DNA from: Candidatus Heimdallarchaeota archaeon
Lineage (GTDB): Archaea; Asgardarchaeota; Heimdallarchaeia; JABLTI01
DNA length: 64,000 nucleotides
NCBI GenBank assembly: GCA_018238155.1
Contig: JABCTZ010000036.1
Span: 224,001-288,000 of the forward strand
Reading direction: 5' to 3'
The notes under the pieces are model-generated. The model was not told the origin of the DNA. It did no database searches and was given only the letters and a program-made list of their open reading frames with translations. Shown here piece by piece: positions 1 through 9,515 of the stretch. The position numbers and the translations under genes are program-made. The first letter of the stretch is position 1. Each line of letters begins with the position of its first letter.

Positions 1-201
1 TCCAACAAAGAATGATTTACCGTTTTCTTCTAATACAAGGTTGTTCTCGAGTGACTTGTCTAAAGTCATACCAGTCCATCCAGGATTTGGATCACCAATA
101 ATTGATGGAATTTTCACTAAATTTTGACCGTTGTTCGATGATATTTTAATAGTGCTTGTTCCGAGATCTATCCCTACACTACGTAATGTTTTCTTAGACA
201 C
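1..201 (-). CDS. ParM/StbA-like actin-fold ATPase, N-terminal part (runs off the left edge)
   Basis: Manual translation from GTG at 201 (or in-frame ATG at 234): VSKKTLRSVGIDLGTSTIKISSNNGQNLVKIPSIIGDPNPGWTGMTLDKSLENNLVLEENGKSFFVG. It has the phosphate-1 motif GIDLGxSxxK, then PSxI and FFVG, as in the ParM/StbA family. Not in the ORF track. Confidence 0.75.
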   Translation of the reverse strand, partial: MSKKTLRSVGIDLGTSTIKISSNNGQNLVKIPSIIGDPNPGWTGMTLDKSLENNLVLEENGKSFFVG

Positions 202-471
202 ATTTTGTACCTTCTGTTGTTTTCTAAAATTCATTATTGAATAGCAAATAAAAACTAATCGCTATATTCAATGGTAAATTCTTTCTATTGTATGTTTTAT
301 CTATCTAATTATTATACATTTTCCCTTTTAAACTTCTAATTAAAATTTCTTTGCATTTAGAAAAATGTACTATTTTACCCATATTTGCCTATAAAAGAAA
401 TTATTTAATAGTATTCTTAGAACTAGTATTAATAGTGTAAGGTTTACACTTGAAAATAGATTAAATAGGTA

Positions 472-1446
472 GTGAATAATTTGATTGAAGATATCTTTGA
501 ACATGTTGCAATTCTAAATGCACATATAGCACAGAAAATTGTTGAGGCGGAAGGCATAGATGATTATTGTTCTACTCCTTGTGATATAGCTATAATCAGT
601 CATGATAAAAAATATGTTCAAAGAAATTACATAGGAAAAATGCTTCATCACTTAGCTGAATTTGAATTTATGGAACGAAGAGGAGATGTTTTTGTTTTAC
701 AAGAAGCATGGAGAAGAATATTGCCTGCTAAAGTAAAGTCTGTGAAAAGCCTAAGGGAAGAAGGTGCTCATTCGCTATTTTTATTTCAAGAAGTTCTTGC
801 AAAGAAATTTATCGAGATAGCTAAAAATGAATCTCAAAAAATTAGTTTATCTGAACTTATTTATTACATTGATACTATAGATAGTTGTGATGGTTTAAAC
901 TTGATAAGATCTGATGCCATTGCAGAATTAGATTTATCCCGTTCTTCCAAGAAAATTTTTGACTATAACCAAGGGTTAGGGTATAGTGCAATTCAATTGT
1001 CTTCTCTATTTTCTAAAAGTACAATTTATTCATTGCAATTAAATCCTGCATTCCGAGACGCTTATGCTTATACCATCAACAAATTTCAAAAGAAAAATAT
1101 TAAATTTGCTATTGACTATCCATCTGAAATGATTAATCAATTGATGAAAGACAAAGTTGATTTAATTTGCATGTTTAATCCTTTAGGAATAGAAGTTCGA
1201 GAAATAAGCCGTTTTCTTGATATTTCCAAACAAATATCAAAAGAAGGGACAAAGCTGTTGATTCAAAATCCACTAATAGATGATCCAAAACATTCTCTTA
1301 TCGCAGAATGGTTAGGAATGTGTGTTGAAGGTATGGGATTATATTCAACATTAGAAAATTATAAAATAATATTATCACAACATGGATTTGAAGTTGAAAA
1401 AGTAGAAAAGAAAAACAATATTATAATAGCAAAATACAATCCATGA
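472..1446 (+). CDS. Class I SAM-dependent methyltransferase-like protein with degenerate motif I
   Basis: C-terminal Rossmann-like pattern (IFDYNQGLGYSA, KVDLICMF, EGTKLLI, LSQHGFEV) after a helical N-terminal region. Confidence 0.5.
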   Translation: MNNLIEDIFEHVAILNAHIAQKIVEAEGIDDYCSTPCDIAIISHDKKYVQRNYIGKMLHHLAEFEFMERRGDVFVLQEAWRRILPAKVKSVKSLREEGAHSLFLFQEVLAKKFIEIAKNESQKISLSELIYYIDTIDSCDGLNLIRSDAIAELDLSRSSKKIFDYNQGLGYSAIQLSSLFSKSTIYSLQLNPAFRDAYAYTINKFQKKNIKFAIDYPSEMINQLMKDKVDLICMFNPLGIEVREISRFLDISKQISKEGTKLLIQNPLIDDPKHSLIAEWLGMCVEGMGLYSTLENYKIILSQHGFEVEKVEKKNNIIIAKYNP

Positions 1447-1563
1447 AACAAATTCTTTTTCATATACAACCGGTATTTTTTTTAGAAATTGAGTAATAAA
1501 CAAATTTAAGAAAAGAATTAACCGTAGTAAGACATTCAATTCAATTTGTAGAGTCTGAAAAAA

Positions 1564-4197
1564 ATGTCTGGTAAAGCTTTTCAATATTATGTGTTCCTAT
1601 TGGATTTTAAAGAGGAAACGCATCAAGTAAAAATGCTTATTCTACCGGCAAAAGCTGCTTCTACAAGAGTCACACCAAATGAAAGAGCAAAACTTCAATT
1701 TGTGGTAGAAAATAACCGTTTAAGACCCTACAAATATTTTGTTTCAGATAAAATTGGAAGCGAATTCAAACGTCCCGATGAAATCACAGAAGTTTTCCGT
1801 AAAGCTAAAGGAGTAATTATTTCACTAGATGATCAACCAAGTGACTACCATTTATATGAGGAGTATTTTAAAACATTTAATGTTAAAACGCCAACAATTA
1901 GGCGAATATGTAGACTGTGTTTAATTGATCAACAAAAAGTAACTATTTTACCTGATGATAGACAATACTCCGTTTCTGGGAGAAAAGCTTGTTATCAATG
2001 TGCAAAGGATGAATTAGATCGAGAATTCAAATCAAGAGAAATTAGATTGACAAAAAATGGTCGAAATCATTTTTATCGTTTATTAAGGAAAATCAAAAAA
2101 ATAGATGATATTTTGGAAACTTTTGCTTACAATTTTAGACCGGCAAAAAGACCTGAATTGACCATTTATGATACCATTGGAGATATAGATGATCTTTCCG
2201 AAGCAAAATATCTTGATCAATTAGCTATTCCTGGGAGACTTAAGGAAATTCTTAGAAAAATCGGTATCAAAAAATTACTTCCCATTCAAGTAAAAGCATT
2301 AAATGCCGGGTTATTACTAGAAGAAAATTTATTGATAGTTGCCGGAACAAGCAGTGGAAAAACGCTTATTGGTGAGATGGCTGGATTACTTAAAGCACTA
2401 CAAGGAAAGAAAATGATTTATCTGAGTCCATTAGTTGCATTAACTAATCAAAAATATGAGGACTTTAAAAAGAAATATTCTCCGGAAGGATTGCGTGTAG
2501 CAATTAGAGTTGGAATGAGTAAAATCGATGTGGGAGAAGAAGAGAGATATATTATTGACACGGGATATCGTAGTGCTCAAATCATTACTGCAACATATGA
2601 AGCATTTGATCTTCTATTAAGAAACGCAAAAGCAAGAGATTTAGGTGATATTGGCACAGTAATTATCGATGAAATTCAACTTTTGAATCAAAAAGAACGA
2701 GGCCCAGAACTTGACGGAATCATTGCTCGAGTAAAAAACCTCTTCCCGAAAGCGCAAATATTAGGTCTTTCTGCAACAATAGGTAACCCAGAAGTATTAG
2801 CAAAAGATTTGGAATTAAAAATTCTTATACATGAAACAAGACCAATCCCATTAGAAAGACACGTAATTATGGCCCAAGATCAGGATGAGAAAGAAATTCA
2901 TCTAAGAGATCTGATACTGGCAGAATATAATGTAAAATCTTCGCAAGGATATTTTGGTCAGACGATTGTTTTCACAAATTCAAGAAGACATTGCTATGAA
3001 TTAGCAAGGAAGCTCAACAAAAGTGGGTTACGAACAACGGTTTATCACTCAGGTTTAACATATCAAGAGCGAAAAAGAGCTGAAGCTGGTTTTGCAGAAG
3101 GAAAATATGCTTCGATAATAACTACTGCTGCATTGGGTGCCGGTGTAGATTTTCCGGCAAGTCAAGTGATTTTTGAATCATTAGCAATGGGCATTGAATG
3201 GATTTCTGTTGCAGAATTTTATCAAATGACCGGTCGAGCAGGGCGGTTAGGATATCATGACAAAGGTAAAGTTGCTCTTCTAGTTCAACCAAATAGAAAA
3301 TACCATCGATCAATGGATGAATCAGAAGATTCTGTAGCATTCTCTTTATTATCAGATGAGATCGAAGATGTTGATCCTTTAATGGAAGGTGAAAGGCAAT
3401 TAGAACAAATATTAGCTACTATTGTAGCATTAAAAGAACCAACGTTAAAGGATATAGTAAAAGCTTATGATGAAATGTTAGGTCCATCGGAACCACTAAA
3501 GAATTCATTACAAGCATTACAAGACTTAGAAATGATTAATATTTATCAAGAAGGACCAAGAGCAACAAAATTAGGGAAAGCTACATCAAGAACATTTTTA
3601 CATCCTTCAGAAGCAGGCGCGATAAAAAAGAAGCTACAAAATACTAGCCCGTTGGAAATTGCAATAGATCTAGAGCCTTTTTCAAGTATTTTTCTAACAT
3701 CTAAAATACAAACTGAAATTGAAAAAACTCTAAGGAGTGGATATATTGGCTCCAACTTATTCGCGGGTTCGGTTTTGGAATATATGGATAATGCTCTCGA
3801 CAAACGACCGAATCTACCAAAACTTATTATCAGTACCTTTGCAAAATGGCAGATAGAAATTTTCAATTGTAATTGTATAGATAATCCATGGTGTGATTGT
3901 GGACAACGTTCGCTCTCAAGAGTAATAGTAAAATTGCGCTTAGAGAATAAAAATCTTCGAAAGATTACTACCGCTCTTCAAACAGGATACAATTTGTATG
4001 CGTATCCTGGTGACATTTATCGTTGGTTCGATACGCTTATTCACCATTTACGAGCTGTGGCTAAATTAGCTGTAGTATTTGATGAGAGAGGCACCATGAA
4101 ATTAGCTTTGAATACAATCAAAATGATTGAACGTCCTTGGATTGTTTCAAGATTGAAACGAATTCAGAAAACAAAAAAAACTGATATACCATTATAA
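1564..4197 (+). CDS. Archaeal Ski2-like SF2 helicase (ASH-Ski2 / DUF5814 family)
   Basis: Q motif LLPIQ, Walker A AGTSSGKT, DEIQ, SAT, QMTGRAGR, N-terminal CRLC..CYQC and C-terminal CNCxxNPWCDC zinc sites. Confidence 0.9.
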   Translation: MSGKAFQYYVFLLDFKEETHQVKMLILPAKAASTRVTPNERAKLQFVVENNRLRPYKYFVSDKIGSEFKRPDEITEVFRKAKGVIISLDDQPSDYHLYEEYFKTFNVKTPTIRRICRLCLIDQQKVTILPDDRQYSVSGRKACYQCAKDELDREFKSREIRLTKNGRNHFYRLLRKIKKIDDILETFAYNFRPAKRPELTIYDTIGDIDDLSEAKYLDQLAIPGRLKEILRKIGIKKLLPIQVKALNAGLLLEENLLIVAGTSSGKTLIGEMAGLLKALQGKKMIYLSPLVALTNQKYEDFKKKYSPEGLRVAIRVGMSKIDVGEEERYIIDTGYRSAQIITATYEAFDLLLRNAKARDLGDIGTVIIDEIQLLNQKERGPELDGIIARVKNLFPKAQILGLSATIGNPEVLAKDLELKILIHETRPIPLERHVIMAQDQDEKEIHLRDLILAEYNVKSSQGYFGQTIVFTNSRRHCYELARKLNKSGLRTTVYHSGLTYQERKRAEAGFAEGKYASIITTAALGAGVDFPASQVIFESLAMGIEWISVAEFYQMTGRAGRLGYHDKGKVALLVQPNRKYHRSMDESEDSVAFSLLSDEIEDVDPLMEGERQLEQILATIVALKEPTLKDIVKAYDEMLGPSEPLKNSLQALQDLEMINIYQEGPRATKLGKATSRTFLHPSEAGAIKKKLQNTSPLEIAIDLEPFSSIFLTSKIQTEIEKTLRSGYIGSNLFAGSVLEYMDNALDKRPNLPKLIISTFAKWQIEIFNCNCIDNPWCDCGQRSLSRVIVKLRLENKNLRKITTALQTGYNLYAYPGDIYRWFDTLIHHLRAVAKLAVVFDERGTMKLALNTIKMIERPWIVSRLKRIQKTKKTDIPL

Positions 4198-4345
4198 AGT
4201 AAATAAATAACACTTATAATCTGTTTTTGGTTCAATTCTTTATAAATTAAATTACTTTCGTATAAAACATCCTATAACCCAAAGTATTTTAATTTCCAAT
4301 AAGTAAATATTGTCGGAAGAGAACTTCCATTTGAGGAATTAGAAA

Positions 4346-4771
4346 TTGGCTGTACTAGAAGCAGGTGTTATGTTTGGCGGAGTACCAATTGTAAGGGTAA
4401 ACTTCTTCAACGATAGTGCAACAGATTCTTTGCTTACAGCAGGACTTTTAGAAGCTATACAGTTATTTGCAGTAGAAATCTTTAATGATGAAACTGAATC
4501 ATTCAAAATGAAAAAATATTGTATACTCCTTCATAATTTTATTCTCTTAAATAATCAAAAGGTTATTTTGTATTCAATTTGTGATACATTAGATAGACCA
4601 AAAGCAATAAACAATATAATGAAGAGTCTCGCATCAGAATTTATAAAAATTTTTCCAGCAGTAGATATGGGTTGTTTACAAAAATATTCTTCTTTTGAAG
4701 AAACAATAACAAAAAAATTAGGCGATTTGATTTTTCGTCCTGAAGATAGGTTGAAAAAAGTCTTTCTATAG
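4346..4771 (+). CDS. Stand-alone longin-like domain protein
   Basis: GVPIV...DSLLTAGLLEAIQLFAVEIF pattern typical of longin domains; 141 aa; TTG start after GAGG. Confidence 0.6.
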   Translation: MAVLEAGVMFGGVPIVRVNFFNDSATDSLLTAGLLEAIQLFAVEIFNDETESFKMKKYCILLHNFILLNNQKVILYSICDTLDRPKAINNIMKSLASEFIKIFPAVDMGCLQKYSSFEETITKKLGDLIFRPEDRLKKVFL

Positions 4772-4856
4772 GTAAGTTCACTGTTCAAAAAAGCTATTTT
4801 TCAGCGTCACTATTTTTTAGCTGAATGAATCGAAAAAGAATTATATCATAGTATTT

Positions 4857-5243
4857 TTGAGAGACATGTTGATATTAATGGTTGAAACTAATACTAATTT
4901 AAAGCCGGCTGTTAGAATGGAATTGGCATCAATTGATGATTTAGTGCGAATGGCTTTTTTCAGCGCAGCAAGAAATAATGGTTTGAATTTCTTAGCTTTT
5001 ACTAAGAAAAGTGATAAGAAGTGGTACATCGGCTTCCTTACAGGAGTTGCTGGATACTTCGAATTAAGAGGTGTTCCAATGTTTTTCTATGTAAAATTAG
5101 ACACCAAGCCCGAAAAAAGTAATTTCATTCAATATGCTGCAAAAGTGAAAGAGAAATGGAGTTTTGTTGAATCAACTGCAGAACCTGCAAAATGGAATTA
5201 TTTACCAATAATTGAACTTGCAAATGAACCCGCCTATCTCTAA
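4857..5243 (+). CDS. Hypothetical protein
   Basis: 128-aa ORF on the same strand as its neighbours; the start may be an internal ATG. Confidence 0.6.
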   Translation: MRDMLILMVETNTNLKPAVRMELASIDDLVRMAFFSAARNNGLNFLAFTKKSDKKWYIGFLTGVAGYFELRGVPMFFYVKLDTKPEKSNFIQYAAKVKEKWSFVESTAEPAKWNYLPIIELANEPAYL

Positions 5244-5343
5244 AAACATCTCATATTTCTATTAAGAAAAAAAGAGAGTATTATAAAAGAGTAGAAAATA
5301 CAATATAAAATAGACCGTGAACTATGTAACGAGGATACCAATA

Positions 5344-6681
5344 ATGAGTGAAAAGAATCTCCTAACGAGTATTGCAATTATCGGGCACGTCGATCATGGA
5401 AAGTCTACCTTAATGGGGCATTTCCTTTTTGATATTGGCGCTGTTGATCCAAGAGTGATGAAGAAGCATGAGATGGATGCAGATGGATTAGGAATGTCCT
5501 CCTGGAAATGGGCATATGTTTTGGATGCATTTCCCGAAGAAAAAGAGAAAGGTAAAACTATGGATATTGCTTTTCGACGGTTTGAGATAGATAATCGTAA
5601 TTTTGTTATAATAGATAATCCCGGTCATCGTGACTTTACAAAGAATACCATTGCAGGATTAAGTACTGCAGATGCTTGTGTTCTTGTGATAAGTGCTGGA
5701 AGAGGAGAAATCGAAGCTGGTTTAGAACCTGGAAATGAGCAAACTCCATCTGGTCAAACACTTGAACATACTTTGATAGCTTCTGTATTAGGAATTAAAG
5801 ATGTCATTGTTGTAGTTAACAAAATGGATAGCGCTAAATACTCTGAAGAACGGTTCAATGAAAGTAAATCAATTTTAGTGGCATTTTTGAAAAAAATTCA
5901 AAGTCCTTGGATTAAAAATCTTGATACAATCCCATTCATCCCTATTAGTGGTCTTGATGGTGACAATCTAGTAAACAAAAGCGATAAAATGAATTGGTAC
6001 AAAGGTCCAACTTTGAAAGAAGCAATCGAGAAAATAAGTATGCCAGAAGATTTGACAAAAAAAGACCTTCGATTAGTTATTTATGATGCTTTTCAAGAAC
6101 CAGGTCAAGGTTTAGTTGGTTATGGTAGAATAATAAGTGGTAAGATGAAAGTAAATGATCGAATAGTTGTTGCTCCTGGAACAAGATCTGGTACAGTTAA
6201 AACCATTTGGGATGAAGAAGAAGAAGTTCCTGAAGCAGGAGGAGGTATGGATGTTTCATTTCTTATCAAAGGAACTGCTGAGGAAGATATTAGGAGAGGC
6301 GCAGTAATTGGTTTAGCTGAGAAGCAACCACCTTCAAAACCAAAAATTCAAGTAAGGTTACTTTATTTAGGATTACAACCATTAGTTCTTGGAAATATCG
6401 CCATTTTACATGTTGGGTCTGATCATGTTGAAGCTGAATTGGAATCCATTGTAAAAATACACAGAACGAATCCCAAATTCAAGAATACTCTTCGAGAAAT
6501 CGAAGATAAAACTATAATGATATTCAATGAAGAAGTGGCCAGTGTAATTCTTCAGGTAAAAAGTCCTATTGTTGCTGAAAAACAATCTGAAATACCAAAA
6601 CTCGGACGAGTTATTCTCAGAAAGAAAGGACGAGTAATAGCTGCTGCTATTGTTGAAGATATATTAGATGCTGAAAATTAA
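5344..6681 (+). CDS. EF1A-family translational GTPase paralog (eRF3/HBS1-like features)
   Basis: G1 GHVDHGKST, switch I EEKEKGKTMDI, G3 DNPGHRDF, G4 NKMD, G5 SGL, and domains II and III (PKLGRVILR). ATG 5344 preferred over the track start 5317. Confidence 0.88.
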   Translation: MSEKNLLTSIAIIGHVDHGKSTLMGHFLFDIGAVDPRVMKKHEMDADGLGMSSWKWAYVLDAFPEEKEKGKTMDIAFRRFEIDNRNFVIIDNPGHRDFTKNTIAGLSTADACVLVISAGRGEIEAGLEPGNEQTPSGQTLEHTLIASVLGIKDVIVVVNKMDSAKYSEERFNESKSILVAFLKKIQSPWIKNLDTIPFIPISGLDGDNLVNKSDKMNWYKGPTLKEAIEKISMPEDLTKKDLRLVIYDAFQEPGQGLVGYGRIISGKMKVNDRIVVAPGTRSGTVKTIWDEEEEVPEAGGGMDVSFLIKGTAEEDIRRGAVIGLAEKQPPSKPKIQVRLLYLGLQPLVLGNIAILHVGSDHVEAELESIVKIHRTNPKFKNTLREIEDKTIMIFNEEVASVILQVKSPIVAEKQSEIPKLGRVILRKKGRVIAAAIVEDILDAEN

Positions 6682-6709
6682 TCTGCAGTGTAAGATGGAT
6701 GAAGATAAT

Positions 6710-7567
6710 ATGACAAATAACCGAAAAGATAATTCTTTTATCGATCTACATCTTCATACAAAAGCATCTGATGGTACTTTTTCTCCAAGTGAAATGGTTG
6801 AATATGCTAAATCAAAAAATATTGTTGCTGTAGCAATAACGGATCACGATACTGTTGCGGGAGTCGAAGAAGGATTAATAGCTGGGAAAAAAATGGGTAT
6901 TGAAGTAATTCCTGGTATAGAATTTTCCACAGAAATTGATCAAATAAGTTTTCATATTGTTGGTTTATTTGTGGATCATAAAGATAAAACTTTACTTGAA
7001 CTTACAAAGCAAATTCAAAATGCTCGAAAGAATCGGGCAATAATGATAATTGAAAAAGTGAATGCACTAAATATAGGACCAAAAATTACTCTACAAGAGG
7101 TTGAAGCGCTTGCTAGTGGATTGATCGGCAGACCTCACATTGCAACAGTAATGATTGAAAAAGGCTACGCAAAAGCAATGGATGAAGTATTTAGCAAATT
7201 CTTAGAACGTGGTGCATCTTGTTATGTTCCTCGTTTTAAATTAAGACCTCAAGAAGCAGTTAGTATTATTGCTAAAATGAAAGCAATACCTATTTTGGCA
7301 CATCCGGGATTTATTCCCAAGGGATTCAATTTTGATGAATTCTTAGAGGATCTAAAGAAATTTGGTTTAGCTGGCATTGAAGTTATTTATCCTTCGCATT
7401 CTATAGAACAAAGAAACTTCTTTAGACAATTGGCAAAGAAATTTGATTTATTAGAAAGTGGTGGAAGTGATTGCCATGGAAAACTAGGTGGTGGTCCTTA
7501 TATTGGTAGAACAAAAATACCCTATTATTGCTTACAAAAAATGAAAGTTCGATTTGGAAAAAAATAG
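6710..7567 (+). CDS. PHP-domain phosphoesterase (TrpH/YciV/RNase AM family)
   Basis: DLHLHTKASDG, AITDHDT, GIEFS, GRPHIA, LAHP, GGSDCHG. The track start 6668 overlaps the upstream gene. Confidence 0.9.
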   Translation: MTNNRKDNSFIDLHLHTKASDGTFSPSEMVEYAKSKNIVAVAITDHDTVAGVEEGLIAGKKMGIEVIPGIEFSTEIDQISFHIVGLFVDHKDKTLLELTKQIQNARKNRAIMIIEKVNALNIGPKITLQEVEALASGLIGRPHIATVMIEKGYAKAMDEVFSKFLERGASCYVPRFKLRPQEAVSIIAKMKAIPILAHPGFIPKGFNFDEFLEDLKKFGLAGIEVIYPSHSIEQRNFFRQLAKKFDLLESGGSDCHGKLGGGPYIGRTKIPYYCLQKMKVRFGKK

Positions 7568-7569
7568 CT

Positions 7570-8427
7570 CTAAATAACTTCTTTTCTAACAACTATTAGA
7601 ATTTCTTCTCCAGCATCAAGTAAACCCGTGTGCTTTGCAAAAACAGTTTCAATTCGGAGCAATGTATTCCAAGCTTCTTCTTTTTCCATAATGTAATTGA
7701 TAGGATCGATTTGATTATTGGTTATGGGATTTAAAGCCATTATTTCGAGAATTTCACATCGAGATTTAATTGCTAATTCAATAAGCTCCTTACTGCTAAA
7801 CCCATAGTAAAGAGGTTCTTCAGGAAATTCTTCATATTGCTTATAGTTTGTGTCAATCAATTCCCAAAGACCTGCTTTTGTTGCATCTTCTAGTAAATCA
7901 AATCTACCTTTTTTGATTATTTCCCGAAAATATTGAGCTTTAGTTTTTACGCTAAGAATTATAGGCGAACCAACTTTAGCAACTCGAGTTAATTCTTTCA
8001 TTAATTTATGTCGCCGCTCACAAGAATATGACAATGTGCCTGATAAACAAATGACCAAATCAAAAGTATCATCATCAAAGAGTTCAAGATTTCCCAAATC
8101 TTCTAGCAGAGCAAATTGATCGATTTTATCTGAAATACCATATTTATCGAATTTCTCTCGAGTAAGTTGGAGCTGATCTTCTGAAATATCTCCAATGATT
8201 AATCGTCGATTGTTCTGAGCAATTTTTAATGAGAAATTTCCCGGATCAAATCCCACATCTAATATCAGCGAATCTTCGGGAGGAAGATACTGATGAATAA
8301 CTTTCATAATAAGCTCAAATTGAAGTAATTTGTAGGCACTTTCACCTGCATGAGAAATCCAGCCTTTCGCACCTTTTTTCTTGAGAAAATTCTTCAGTAT
8401 GTCTTTATTATATGCCAATTTCTCCAT
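7570..8427 (-). CDS. Class I SAM-dependent methyltransferase
   Basis: ILDVGFDPG, DIS, FDDDTFDLVIC, RVAKVG motifs. Confidence 0.75.
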   Translation of the reverse strand: MEKLAYNKDILKNFLKKKGAKGWISHAGESAYKLLQFELIMKVIHQYLPPEDSLILDVGFDPGNFSLKIAQNNRRLIIGDISEDQLQLTREKFDKYGISDKIDQFALLEDLGNLELFDDDTFDLVICLSGTLSYSCERRHKLMKELTRVAKVGSPIILSVKTKAQYFREIIKKGRFDLLEDATKAGLWELIDTNYKQYEEFPEEPLYYGFSSKELIELAIKSRCEILEIMALNPITNNQIDPINYIMEKEEAWNTLLRIETVFAKHTGLLDAGEEILIVVRKEVI

Positions 8428-8508
8428 CCACCGATTGTTATAATATATTGAAGACCACTACACTTAAAATTATCTCTCTCTTTTTAGTAGTAAAATGAGG
8501 TTTTATTC

Positions 8509-9042
8509 TTGAATACAAATAAGAAAAATCAAACAAGTAGAAAGCGTCCAAATGTTCATCAATATTTTACTGCAATGGCGGAATTGGTTTCCACAAGATC
8601 AACTTGCTTAAGACGGCAATTTGGATGTGTTATTATTCAAAATGGCCACGCAATTTCTACTGGATACAATGGTGCTCCAAAAGGCATGCCTCACTGTACT
8701 GATATTGGTTGTTTGCGGGATGATTTAAAAATTCCAAGTGGGACGAAACATGAGATATGCAGAGGTGTACATGCTGAACAGAATGCAATAATTCAGTGCG
8801 CAATACATGGTGAATCAACAAAGGATGCTATCTTGTATATAACGGGTTATCCTTGTAAGATTTGTTCAAAAATGATTATCAATGCAATGATAAAACAAGT
8901 TGTTATATCAGGCAGCTATTCTGATACCGAAGGCATTGATCTTATGAAAGAAGCTGGTGTGGAATTAATTTTTATGGACAAACCTGCAAAAGAAATACTT
9001 GATTATGTTATACAATTGAAGGAATCTTGGCAAAGGAAATAA
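8509..9042 (+). CDS. dCMP deaminase (ComEB family)
   Basis: RSTCLRR, TGYNG, HAEQNA, PCKIC zinc-deaminase motifs. Confidence 0.92.
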   Translation: MNTNKKNQTSRKRPNVHQYFTAMAELVSTRSTCLRRQFGCVIIQNGHAISTGYNGAPKGMPHCTDIGCLRDDLKIPSGTKHEICRGVHAEQNAIIQCAIHGESTKDAILYITGYPCKICSKMIINAMIKQVVISGSYSDTEGIDLMKEAGVELIFMDKPAKEILDYVIQLKESWQRK

Positions 9043-9063
9043 GTAAAATAAGAAAGTGGAATT

Positions 9064-9471
9064 TCAACCTAAAATTGATCCAAATAATTCTAAATGGCTT
9101 TTTGTTCGGATGAAAATTACCGGAATTTCGTTCTTTCTGAGTTTATAGCGTAATTCTCTATCATTTGTAACTACAATACAAAATGGTTTATTCTCAATTG
9201 CATATTGAATAATTCTATCGTCAACAAATCTGATATTTTTCGGACTGTATTCTATGATTTGAAATCTTTCCAAGAATTTCAAAGCAAAAGCTGTTTGTCT
9301 AGCTAATTTTGGTGTTCTTTTTGAAAGACGATTTAATTCATCAATACAACATGAAAGGAAAATGATGGTATGTTTTTGAGGAACTAATCGCTCTAATTCT
9401 GATTGAAGATTAAATTTACTATCCATTATAAGTATCGGAATGTTAGTATCTAAAACGATTTGTAATTCCAA
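9064..9471 (-). CDS. PIN-domain rRNA-processing protein (Utp24/Fcf1 family)
   Basis: VLDTN, DEL, VDD, VTNDRELR; conserved archaeal position downstream of aIF2gamma. Confidence 0.85.
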   Translation of the reverse strand: MELQIVLDTNIPILIMDSKFNLQSELERLVPQKHTIIFLSCCIDELNRLSKRTPKLARQTAFALKFLERFQIIEYSPKNIRFVDDRIIQYAIENKPFCIVVTNDRELRYKLRKNEIPVIFIRTKSHLELFGSILG

Positions 9472-9515
9472 AAGGAATTCCCTCAGAAAATAATTAGCTA
9501 AAAAGAATAAATAGT

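Noticed and set aside
1-201. True actin or Lokiactin
   Set aside because: The phosphate-1 loop is DLGTS rather than DNGSG, and the fragment fits ParM/StbA-like proteins better
5344-6681. Canonical EF-1alpha, SelB or CysN
   Set aside because: It lacks RGxTID and EMHH of aEF1A, has the EF1A-type helical insert that SelB lacks and no domain IV, and has no cysD neighbour or CysN-type EQGITID motif
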